Below, piece after piece: positions 7,603 to 16,144 of a stretch of 64,000 nt of DNA. The stretch is from positions 1-64,000 of the IMG/VR virus record IMGVR_UViG_3300025082_002887. One strand, given 5' to 3'. Numbering within the stretch: the stretch's first letter is position 1; each line of letters begins with the position of its first letter. The notes below the pieces were generated by a model. The model ran no database searches. It was not told where the DNA came from and worked only from the letters and a program-made list of their open reading frames with translations. A program made the translations under genes and the position numbers. The DNA comes from a virus.

Positions 7603-9411
7603 ATGATGAAAATCTTATTCAAAAAGTCTTCTGCGCTTCTTAAGGAAGCTGTCGCTTCTGCAAAAATTGCATCTCCCGAAAATATTAGTTATGGATATGT
7701 ATACGGAACAATAGACGGCACAGTTTTAAGCAGCCACAATGCTACAAATGTATATTATGGCGCATCTATGAATAAGTTTATGTTAGCTTTTATTAACTTA
7801 GCGCTATATTGGAGCGGCCGCGGCCAGCGCGCCGGCGGGTATGCCACTCTAACAAAAGATGAGCTGAAACAATATATTCATTATTCAAAAGGAAGTAAAG
7901 GTTCTAGTGAAATGAATCGCGCGCTATCGGGCCAAAGACGTAGGACCGATGGCAGACATGTTTCACGAAAAAGGGCTGCTGCTCTAGCCACCACAAAACA
8001 AGAAATCGATATCACTTTAAGAGACATGGGTATAAGTAGAAAACTATTGCCAGGAATACGGTACAGTGGCGCCACGAACAAACAAACTCCCATGGGCGTT
8101 TTTAAATTTTTGTCTTATTTAATAAAGTCTGGTGCTGATCCTGAAACTGATTACCACGAAGAGGCTAAGAAAATTCTAAATCTTATGAAAACCCCTTTTA
8201 CGGGCCATGATTCAAGATGGTTTCGAGAAAAATTAGCGCCTTGGTTGAGCGAAAATGGCGTACAAATTAATAATATTTATGGAAAAGGAGGCTGGAATCC
8301 GAAGGCCCCCGCGGGCATGGCTTTGGGCGTCGTCCTTAATGACGATAAAATTTTAGTTTTATATAGTAACGACTCCCGAGTAGAAAATAAAGCATGGGGG
8401 CGAAAACAAATCCACAATATTATATTAAATATTCTATCTGGAAAACCGCCAAAGGTTGACGCCATGGGCGCGCCCGCACAAAAGCCTGCGCCCGCGCCGG
8501 CGACAACTCAAGAACAACCACAGCTAAGTAGCGCGGGGCTTGTACAAATCCAAGGAAATGTTAGAGATCCAAATAAAGCATGGGGGACACAAACCACAGC
8601 AAATTGTATACAACAACTTGGATCATGGCCAATAGGTGATATTTCATTACCGGAAGGGGGAAAAATGCGGGGTCATGTGTCACATCGAAAGGGCGCTGAT
8701 TTTGACGCGGCACTCCCAACAAAAGGAGGCTATTCAATTGTTGGCGGCGCGGGAGGCGTTTGGGGAACCGACGCCAGAGGCAATATTTTTAGAGACATCA
8801 GCCCAGAAGAACTCGATGTGGCCAGCGCGCTCAATTTTTTGACTACAGTTCGTAATTGCGGTGCTGGAGTTTTTATAGATATAGGGCATATCAATAAAAT
8901 CAAAGAATATGCGAGACAAGTTCTATCTCCTGCGGATTTTTCTAAGGTATTTAGAAGAGTAGGTCTTGCTCGGCAAGGAGACACCCACCATCGCAGCCAT
9001 TTTCATGTAAGAGTAGGCGGCGGCGGAAAAATAGGAAGAGTGGCCATAAGAAAAAGACCACCTTCGGCTGCGGGAATGAAACCAACACAACAACCCTCAA
9101 CAGGAGGCAGATATTTACCCGGCTACGAATATTATCGCACACCCGACTTTGATTTCGAAACCTTCTATTCAGAACTAGATAAATATTTCCCAAATATATG
9201 CGGTCCAAAAGGTTGTGGAGCAAATGGTATACTATTTACTAGAGGACGAGATTTTAAATTTGGCCCTGAACATGCTGATGCACTCCGCATGTTAAAACAA
9301 GTACAAACTGGTAAACGCTTGACACAAGCAGAAATTGATAAATTACAAAGCGACGCCAGGGGAAGGAAATCAACGGGTACTAAATCACGAGTTTGGGTAG
9401 AGCCCTTGTGA
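7603..9411 (+). CDS. Peptidoglycan peptidase fusion: serine beta-lactamase/DD-peptidase fold plus MepA-like endopeptidase
   Basis: AAGGA SD favours start 7603 (track start 7561). SxxK (ASMNK) and KTG-like (YGKGGW) motifs. MepA-like IGDISLPEGG..GHVSHRKGADFD...HHRSHFHVR. Confidence 0.7.
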   Translation: MMKILFKKSSALLKEAVASAKIASPENISYGYVYGTIDGTVLSSHNATNVYYGASMNKFMLAFINLALYWSGRGQRAGGYATLTKDELKQYIHYSKGSKGSSEMNRALSGQRRRTDGRHVSRKRAAALATTKQEIDITLRDMGISRKLLPGIRYSGATNKQTPMGVFKFLSYLIKSGADPETDYHEEAKKILNLMKTPFTGHDSRWFREKLAPWLSENGVQINNIYGKGGWNPKAPAGMALGVVLNDDKILVLYSNDSRVENKAWGRKQIHNIILNILSGKPPKVDAMGAPAQKPAPAPATTQEQPQLSSAGLVQIQGNVRDPNKAWGTQTTANCIQQLGSWPIGDISLPEGGKMRGHVSHRKGADFDAALPTKGGYSIVGGAGGVWGTDARGNIFRDISPEELDVASALNFLTTVRNCGAGVFIDIGHINKIKEYARQVLSPADFSKVFRRVGLARQGDTHHRSHFHVRVGGGGKIGRVAIRKRPPSAAGMKPTQQPSTGGRYLPGYEYYRTPDFDFETFYSELDKYFPNICGPKGCGANGILFTRGRDFKFGPEHADALRMLKQVQTGKRLTQAEIDKLQSDARGRKSTGTKSRVWVEPL

Positions 9412-9445
9412 GATAATTAAAGTATTTTGTATTAAGGAGATAAAC

Positions 9446-10294
9446 ATGTCAGAAAAAACAGAGAAAGCATTAAAAGAGGTCTTTAAAGAATATTTGCTTA
9501 ACGAGGCGCCAGAATTATTGACCGAGATGCCGAAACCCAAAGACGCCACCAAAATGAGAAAGGTGTGGGATTGGATCAGACGTGTATTTGGCTCACAAAC
9601 GCACGCAAAAGCGGGGATCCCGAAGGGGAGTCGGCGAATCTTGCCTCCATGGGCGCGCACCCGGAAATGGAGGTTGATACTCGGCGCCGCTGAAGCGATT
9701 CAACAGTATCAGAGACACTGGAACACATATAATTACGAAGATTGGAAGAAATTCGATCCTATCGCATATGGGGAATGGATAATGTTGGAAATATTGGTGT
9801 ATTTCGAAATGGAAGGAGGCATCGCCAAATATGCCGCGTCACATCTAGATGAAAACGGCGAACCATTTAGTCCATTTACCAGAAATCCGGAGCGGGTGTC
9901 TTGGGGTATTCAAGACATCGCTGAAACGGCCAAGGAAATAAAAGATTGCAAAATGAATATTGGCCACTCCGTGGGGAAACAGGGAGATGTACAAAGATGC
10001 GAGAAACTGTTCCTCGAACTTGTCGCGAAAAAAAGGAAGCACGAACGTGCGGTCAAGCAGGCTTGGGACGACGCGGTCTCCGGCGGCACAGGACCAATAT
10101 ATAATGAGGACAACCCGGCCTATAAAATTCTAGACCCTTCGGATCCTGACTATAAAGAAGCGGAAGAATTAATTCGAAGAGACCACGAATGCGCCGCTAG
10201 CGCAAATAAAAACCCCGGATGCCCGCTAACCAAAAAAGAGGTCCAGCTAATGTGTACTTATATTTACGGTTCCGACGCGGACGAGTGCGGTTAA
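9446..10294 (+). CDS. Hypothetical protein with LxE-ending leader and Cys-rich C-terminus
   Basis: AAGGAG SD. N-terminus ALKEVFKEYLLNE..LLTE. No recognisable family. Confidence 0.6.
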   Translation: MSEKTEKALKEVFKEYLLNEAPELLTEMPKPKDATKMRKVWDWIRRVFGSQTHAKAGIPKGSRRILPPWARTRKWRLILGAAEAIQQYQRHWNTYNYEDWKKFDPIAYGEWIMLEILVYFEMEGGIAKYAASHLDENGEPFSPFTRNPERVSWGIQDIAETAKEIKDCKMNIGHSVGKQGDVQRCEKLFLELVAKKRKHERAVKQAWDDAVSGGTGPIYNEDNPAYKILDPSDPDYKEAEELIRRDHECAASANKNPGCPLTKKEVQLMCTYIYGSDADECG

Positions 10295-10323
10295 TAATAC
10301 TAGCTTAAACAAAGAGGGACACA

Positions 10324-13300
10324 ATGGGCACCGCAGGACACATGCAACATCCTTTTAACGTTCCACGCGTTAAAACGGGCCAAGACTTAATTAATTATTT
10401 TGAAAGAATCGTTGGCCACCTTTCTGAAAAAAACCCTGAAACTGGAGAAGCTACTAATATAGGTAGTGTTAAATTTGATGGTATCAATGTAAGCTTTAAG
10501 CTTGTAAACGATGAGACTACTCCTACCGGAAAAGACTTTAGAATGGATCGAGGAACTTCATACACCAAATCTGTTCTTGGTATGACAACAAAAGATGCGT
10601 ATGAGTTCTGGCCAGATGAATTACAAGATGATGGCACATACAAAAAACATGGCATGCCCCACGCGATCGAAGAACTTTTAAAAATATTCAACGAAGCCCT
10701 CCCGCAAATAAAACCAGAATTAGAAATTTTAGGAATGTGGGACGACCCCACTAAATATTTTAATACTGAATATATGAAAAAGGGCAAAACGAATGTTATT
10801 GAATATGCCGAAAAAATATTAGCTATACATAGTGTTAATCAGTTTTATGAAAAGAAAGCTCGCAAGTCATGGGTAGAATCGGGAAAATCTATGGACCGCC
10901 CGGGCACTCCAAGGCCAACCGATCCGGACACAGGAGAGCTAACAAAAGACGACAGCTTTGAAATCAATTATGATAAAGGCGCCCTGGCCCGAATTATAGA
11001 AAAAGTTAAGCCAATTGCAGAAAAATATAATATTAGTTTAGTTGGTGATGTACCGACAGAATTAATAACTGATATTGATTTTACCGAAACTTTGACTAGT
11101 CCATTTTCTATAAGAACAACAGAAAGTGAAACACAGACACGCACTCTTGAAGATTGGCTTTTAGATGCAATTAATCCATGGGACGCAAAAGTAACTAAAA
11201 AAGTAGTTCAACCAAATCCAGAGACTGGGGAAGAAGAAATAACTGGTAGAGAAATTCCAGCAATTGGTAAAGAAGTTTACGTAGCTATCGAAGTAGATAA
11301 GATACCATTAGATCAATATTTGTTACATCCCGAAAAAGACGTTATAATAGCCATTAACGGCGCCCTTTTCAACCACGCGACGCTCACCTTGGGAATGGAC
11401 GTTAAACGCGCTCTAGGTAGCTCTAAAGGCTCTCTAGAAGGGCATGAAGGAGTTGTACTCAGAGGACTAGAGGATCGGCCCTTAAAAGTGACAGGAGATT
11501 TCATTTTAAAGGGGAGAAGTGGAGAAATAAAGAAAAAAATAAGTGGCGATAAAAAAACGATCAAAGAAGAAATAAATTTAGAAAACGACGATACAGAAAA
11601 AACAAGAATTGCAATATATCCGGGACGATTTCAGCCAATGGGGCAACATCATGCCGAAGTATTTAAAGAACTTGAACTGGATGAGAGCTTTGATAAAGTT
11701 TATATAGCTACTACTGATAAAGTAGATTTCACTGAAATTGAGGGGGTGCCTAAATCTCCTTTTAATTTTGAAGAAAAGAAACAAATAATGATGATGCACG
11801 AGATTCCGGAAGAAAAGATTATTGAAGTTGTAAATCCTTATAACGCCGTTGAAATCTTACGCGATTATGACCCCGAAACAACATCTATTACATATTTTGT
11901 GGGCGCAAAAGATATGAGAGAAAATCCTCGATTTCAAAGAACGGAAGGTGTTACTGAGGGTGGTTATGAATGGAAAATCAAAGTTAAGGATCATGTTTCA
12001 ATTGATATTCCGGACATCGGAGAAATGTCTGGTACAAATATTAAAAAAGCGTTAAAAGACTCTGAACCAGAAACTTTCGAAACTATAATGGGGTGGTATG
12101 ACCCGATATTATATGATCTCATTAAAAATAGATTAAAACATTTGGAGGAATCCCAGCAGCCGCTGGGAATCTTTCTGCGGTTAATCGAAGAAGCGACAAA
12201 TAAAAAAGAAAACTTGTTGTTAGAGCAACAGACCAGCAGACAATTAATTGAGCCATCTCAAGTAGAACAATGGTATAGAAATAAAGGCCTTTTAGACGAG
12301 ACTCGGGCCAAGTCAATAACCGCATATAATAATTATTATAAAGAATATCTTTCTGAACACACAGGGAAAATTGATCTGGAAAGCTTACTAAGGATTTCCA
12401 ATGATTTAGCAACAAAAGTTAGAGATGCAATAGTTGCAAGTTATCAATCTCCAAAAAATACTTCTATAGATGAATTAATTTTGATTCAGCAAAAAAGGGC
12501 GCGCCTTGATACAAATAAGAAACGATTTCTAAATCTTCGTATAAATATGGTAAAGAAAAGACAAAACAATCAAACATTGTCCTCTCAACAACTTTTAGAA
12601 ATAGAACAACAATATAATAATTATTATCTTAGGATTATTGTGGGCGCCCTTTCCAGGCCAGTACATGTTATAATAGGATATGATTTATCTCTTTCTGCTA
12701 ATGTTGCATTGAGTATATATTCTTTTGAGCGACGCGGCGAGTACCATCCGGATTCAAAAATAGTATATTTAACTCCAATGAGAATAATAAAAACGGGCCT
12801 TTTAGATCAACGCCAAAGTACTCTCCCATCCGCCATCAGGCACGAATTAGATCATGCAGTTGAATATGCACTCCGAGACCTACCGAAAGAAAAGGGAGCA
12901 ATTGACATTGTAGAGATACAATCTTCATTGCTTGAACTGTGTTTATTATCAAAAGAAGAGATTTCTAAAAAAGGAAAAGAATATGCCGACTGGTATGACA
13001 AGCTTACGAGTCTAGATGAAGTAAGAGCCCGAATAAGAGAAATACAAGGTTTAACTGCCGCTATAAGTCGCGATCAAGCACAATCATTATGTCAAAAAAA
13101 ACAAGCAGATAGCTTTATTAATATATGGGATTTTTTAGATTGCAATTGTCGCCACCTTGCAGATGTTATTAATCAAGTTGCTGTATTAGAGCCTCCTCAA
13201 AAATCTATAAGTATGGTTTCTGAAAATATAATGAATATGATTGAAGAGGCAATTAATGAAGCAACCATCGAACGCATGTATGGCCGCGCCGCTCCCGGGA

Positions 13301-13644
13301 ATATGGTGAGCATAATTCAGCCCGGATCTGGTAAGAGAGATGAAAAAAGCGTTAAAGATGTTGCCGAAGCAATGATAGACGCAATTATTTCAGCGATGGA
13401 TGAAAAAGAACTTGATGAGAATTCAACAGCAGGCGGCGCCGGCGTGGGCCAAGCTGGAAATGTTGAAGGGGCCGCAGGCGCTTTTACTTTTGAAGTACCA
13501 GCTGAAACTACGCTATACACAACCGCGCCAGGGAAAAGAGATAAGAAGAAAAAAAAGAAAAAGAAGAAAAAGAAGAAAGAAAAACAAACGTTAATTCGTG
13601 AAGTTGAAGACTATTTATTTAGCATACTGGGAGTTGATCCATGA
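10324..13644 (+). CDS. Multidomain protein: ligase-like nucleotidyltransferase, cytidylyltransferase-like domain and HExxH peptidase
   Basis: VKFDGIN (KxDG) and HEGVVLRG..LKVTG; IAIYPGRFQPMGQHH..MSGTNIKKAL; IRHELDH; poly-Lys near the C-terminus. Confidence 0.65.
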   Translation: MGTAGHMQHPFNVPRVKTGQDLINYFERIVGHLSEKNPETGEATNIGSVKFDGINVSFKLVNDETTPTGKDFRMDRGTSYTKSVLGMTTKDAYEFWPDELQDDGTYKKHGMPHAIEELLKIFNEALPQIKPELEILGMWDDPTKYFNTEYMKKGKTNVIEYAEKILAIHSVNQFYEKKARKSWVESGKSMDRPGTPRPTDPDTGELTKDDSFEINYDKGALARIIEKVKPIAEKYNISLVGDVPTELITDIDFTETLTSPFSIRTTESETQTRTLEDWLLDAINPWDAKVTKKVVQPNPETGEEEITGREIPAIGKEVYVAIEVDKIPLDQYLLHPEKDVIIAINGALFNHATLTLGMDVKRALGSSKGSLEGHEGVVLRGLEDRPLKVTGDFILKGRSGEIKKKISGDKKTIKEEINLENDDTEKTRIAIYPGRFQPMGQHHAEVFKELELDESFDKVYIATTDKVDFTEIEGVPKSPFNFEEKKQIMMMHEIPEEKIIEVVNPYNAVEILRDYDPETTSITYFVGAKDMRENPRFQRTEGVTEGGYEWKIKVKDHVSIDIPDIGEMSGTNIKKALKDSEPETFETIMGWYDPILYDLIKNRLKHLEESQQPLGIFLRLIEEATNKKENLLLEQQTSRQLIEPSQVEQWYRNKGLLDETRAKSITAYNNYYKEYLSEHTGKIDLESLLRISNDLATKVRDAIVASYQSPKNTSIDELILIQQKRARLDTNKKRFLNLRINMVKKRQNNQTLSSQQLLEIEQQYNNYYLRIIVGALSRPVHVIIGYDLSLSANVALSIYSFERRGEYHPDSKIVYLTPMRIIKTGLLDQRQSTLPSAIRHELDHAVEYALRDLPKEKGAIDIVEIQSSLLELCLLSKEEISKKGKEYADWYDKLTSLDEVRARIREIQGLTAAISRDQAQSLCQKKQADSFINIWDFLDCNCRHLADVINQVAVLEPPQKSISMVSENIMNMIEEAINEATIERMYGRAAPGNMVSIIQPGSGKRDEKSVKDVAEAMIDAIISAMDEKELDENSTAGGAGVGQAGNVEGAAGAFTFEVPAETTLYTTAPGKRDKKKKKKKKKKKKEKQTLIREVEDYLFSILGVDP

Positions 13645-14435
13645 ATCAAGAAGAAAAAAGATTAAGATCATTAATTAGAAAAGGCATCGGTGTTGTAATG
13701 GAGCGCAAAAAAACACAAGAACATGAAGGCCAAAGACTGCGCAATATTATTAGTTATTTAGTCAAAGAAGTCAAAGGAACTGCCAAAGTTGCTAATAGAG
13801 TAATCCACAAAAATAGTGGGATCAACGCATTAGACGACCTTTTAAGAGATATTATTACACAAATTGAAGGCACTTATAAAACTCTTGCCACGGACGAGCT
13901 ACAGCGCAAATCATTTAGATATCATATGTTAATTAATTTTAAAAATATTCTTGCTCCTGTTAATGCAAATCGGTTTGCACCAGAAACAGGGCCAGCTTTG
14001 ACTGAACAAGAAGAAAAGGAACCAGAAATTAAAGTATCAATAGATGATGAACTAGAAGACGATGATATAAATGCCCCCCCAGACCCTGATAAATTTATTC
14101 CTTTAAGACCACAAGACGAAGAAAAAGCTAAGGAAGAAAAAGAAAAAGAAGAAGGTTTTGTTAAGCTTGATTCTTCTGATCCGGATGTACAACAGGGTGC
14201 GGCGTTTGCTGAAAAAGCTTTTAACAAAGTTTCGAAACAAATTATATCTACATATGAAGACTTAATTTCTTCGAAAGACGCGGCCGCATTCGAAGACTGG
14301 GGTCTTACTAACTTAAAACTTTATTTTGATATGTTTGAAGATGAAATGGCAGACGAAATTGGTAAAGAACCAGAAAGCCCTGATTACCCACCAAAAGAAG
14401 CACCAGTAGCACTAGAAGAAGTGTATGAAATATGA
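13641..14435 (+). CDS. Acidic hypothetical phage protein
   Basis: GGAG SD and ATGA overlap. Duplicated helical N-terminus (RLRSLIRK / RLRNIISYLVKE). Confidence 0.7.
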   Translation: MNQEEKRLRSLIRKGIGVVMERKKTQEHEGQRLRNIISYLVKEVKGTAKVANRVIHKNSGINALDDLLRDIITQIEGTYKTLATDELQRKSFRYHMLINFKNILAPVNANRFAPETGPALTEQEEKEPEIKVSIDDELEDDDINAPPDPDKFIPLRPQDEEKAKEEKEKEEGFVKLDSSDPDVQQGAAFAEKAFNKVSKQIISTYEDLISSKDAAAFEDWGLTNLKLYFDMFEDEMADEIGKEPESPDYPPKEAPVALEEVYEI

Positions 14436-14728
14436 AACTAACTAAATCAAAATTAAAGAAAATTATTAAGGAGGAGCTGAAAAACATTCTTTTGAATGAA
14501 GATGATGAAAAACGAACTCAATATCTTTGTATTGAATGGTTTGACGATGATCTGGATGACAAAGAAAAAGCTAGAATTAAAAGAGCATTTCGGTCTTCAA
14601 ATCCAGGAAAACCTCATGGAAGCGGCGATCTTTGGAATAACTATCTTAGCAAATGGGCCGGCTGTCCCCATAAACCGCCAAACCATAAAGTAACTGTAAA
14701 CACAGTTAAAACACCTCTTAAAGAATAA
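14432..14728 (+). CDS. Small protein with MKLTKSKLKKIIKEEL leader
   Basis: ATGA overlap. Amphipathic leader ending ILLNE. Confidence 0.65.
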   Translation: MKLTKSKLKKIIKEELKNILLNEDDEKRTQYLCIEWFDDDLDDKEKARIKRAFRSSNPGKPHGSGDLWNNYLSKWAGCPHKPPNHKVTVNTVKTPLKE

Positions 14729-14800
14729 TTTTAAAATTAAAACAATTAATTAATAACTAATTACTTAAATATTCTATCATATTTCAGAATTTAAATTAAG

Positions 14801-15160
14801 ATGGCTTGGAACAAAAAAAGAAAACTCTTTGGAAAAAATGCTTATTACAGCATATCCAAAAAATTACGAAAAGAAAGCAAATCTAGCGAAGAATTTGAGC
14901 TAATGCTCAATGGACTTTCTTTGGAAGATGTTATTGCCCTTAAACTAGAATTAGCTACGAGACCATTTGGTGGTAAATCTTTCGGAATTCCCATATGGCA
15001 CTCCATGAGAGAAATTGTGCAAGACGCTGTACTTAAAATGGCTTTATCCACTACTAGATCAAAAAAAGAAGCTGCGAGATTTTTAGGACTCATCCCTCAA
15101 GACTTCAGAAAACTAATGAAGAAATACAAGACTGAAAGCTTTTTTGAAGAAAAAGATTAA
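14801..15160 (+). CDS. Fis-type helix-turn-helix protein
   Basis: C-terminal VLKMALSTTRSKKEAARFLGLIPQDFRKLMKKY matches the Fis/HTH_8 pattern. Confidence 0.65.
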   Translation: MAWNKKRKLFGKNAYYSISKKLRKESKSSEEFELMLNGLSLEDVIALKLELATRPFGGKSFGIPIWHSMREIVQDAVLKMALSTTRSKKEAARFLGLIPQDFRKLMKKYKTESFFEEKD

Positions 15161-15166
15161 AAAAAC

Positions 15167-15195
15167 TTGACATATAATATATCATTATATATACT
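15167..15195 (+). promoter_or_regulatory. Sigma70-type promoter for the tmRNA
   Basis: TTGACA (15167-72), 17-nt spacer, TATACT (15190-95), about 20 nt before the mature tmRNA 5' end. Confidence 0.8.
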
Positions 15196-15214
15196 TATTA
15201 CAGATCTTTAACAT

Positions 15215-15587
15215 GGGGACGAAACGGTTTCGACGAAGAGCGAAGAAAATAGCACGCAAGACTGTGTGAGTAACACAGTAAAAATGCTCAAACTTTATAA
15301 ATGCCAACGATAACGTTGAATTTGATTACGCCTTAGCTGCATAATCGGAAGTTGTTAGTGACTTTCTTAAAGAACACTAGACATTTTCAATTTTAGGAAA
15401 AATTGATAGGAACTTAGTCATTTTGGTGACTATGTATATCTCGGTAGCCAACACCTTAAGTTGGTAAATGGATTCCCTGGTTTGACCAAGGTGGCTGGTA
15501 CTTCGGCGGTGAATGTACCAATTTCTTGTATATCGCGTTATTTTTGATTCTTTTCGGACTCGGGTTCGACTCCCGACGTCTCCACCA
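15215..15587 (+). ncRNA. ssrA: tmRNA (transfer-messenger RNA), tag peptide ANDNVEFDYALAA
   Basis: 5' GGGGACG pairs with 3' CGTCTCC-ACCA, including the G3-U alanine determinant. T-arm CGGG-TTCGACT-CCCG. Tag ORF at 15303..15344 ends ALAA-stop. Length 373 nt. Confidence 0.95.
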
Positions 15588-15607
15588 AAGACATAAAAGG
15601 AGAAATT

Positions 15608-15691
15608 ATGAGTGGACTAGTAGGTTATTTAGTTACGCTTGCTGCCGGCGCCGTTTTGGGCGTTGTGTTGGCTAAGAAAGGCGTAGTATAA
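15608..15691 (+). CDS. 27-aa single-pass membrane peptide (not in ORF track)
   Basis: AAAGGAGA SD. MSGLVGYLVTLAAGAVLGVVLAKKGVV. Its TAA overlaps the next ATG (TAATG). Confidence 0.7.
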   Translation: MSGLVGYLVTLAAGAVLGVVLAKKGVV

Positions 15692-15996
15692 TGGAAGAAA
15701 CTCTAAAAACAAAAGATTGGAAAACTGTTGGTACTTTTTCTACCTACAAAGAAGCAGATAGGCTTCGAAATGAATTGGTAGAAAAACACACATTAGTTAA
15801 AGTTAAGATGGGGGCCCCAGCGAGCAAACAGAATGTTTTTAGAGTTAAATGCTGGGACCCTCCTCCAATCAAAAAAGAAATAAAAAAAGAACGAAAACAG
15901 ATTAAAAAAGGTAAAAACAACAAAAGGCAGCTAAAGAATGAAAGCAGGAAGATACGCGCTGGACGAGACGAATCGCAAGATTTTTATCGGAAGTAA
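15691..15996 (+). CDS. Basic hypothetical protein
   Basis: Translationally coupled ORF. VGTFSTYKEADRLRNEL is weakly SPOR-like; Lys-rich tail. Confidence 0.6.
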   Translation: MEETLKTKDWKTVGTFSTYKEADRLRNELVEKHTLVKVKMGAPASKQNVFRVKCWDPPPIKKEIKKERKQIKKGKNNKRQLKNESRKIRAGRDESQDFYRK

Positions 15997-16144
15997 AGTA
16001 AAATACAAAAATCGTATTTTTCTCGTTGAAGACATTGAATATTTAGACTGGACCATTAAGCAATTTTTAACCCTTGTTGATAACAAAAACAAAAACAAAA
16101 AATTAAAGTTTATCTCACCTAAAGATGTAAAGGCAATACATTGA
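15938..16144 (+). CDS. Small hypothetical protein (beta-rich)
   Basis: Fits the operon and overlaps both neighbours; its stop overlaps the TTG start of the next gene. Confidence 0.55.
   Translation: MKAGRYALDETNRKIFIGSKVKYKNRIFLVEDIEYLDWTIKQFLTLVDNKNKNKKLKFISPKDVKAIH

Noticed and set aside
7603-8450. Antibiotic-resistance beta-lactamase
   Set aside because: No signal peptide, degenerate SDN/KTG motifs and fusion to a murein endopeptidase favour a cell-wall peptidase role.
13543-13580. Purine-only tract as a frameshift or slippage site
   Set aside because: Mixed AAG/AAA codons keep the frame, and the ORF ends in a normal ATGA overlap; best read as a poly-Lys tract.
15540-15587. Stand-alone tRNA gene
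   Set aside because: The T-arm and acceptor half pairs with 15215-15221 across a tag ORF, so it is the 3' end of the tmRNA.
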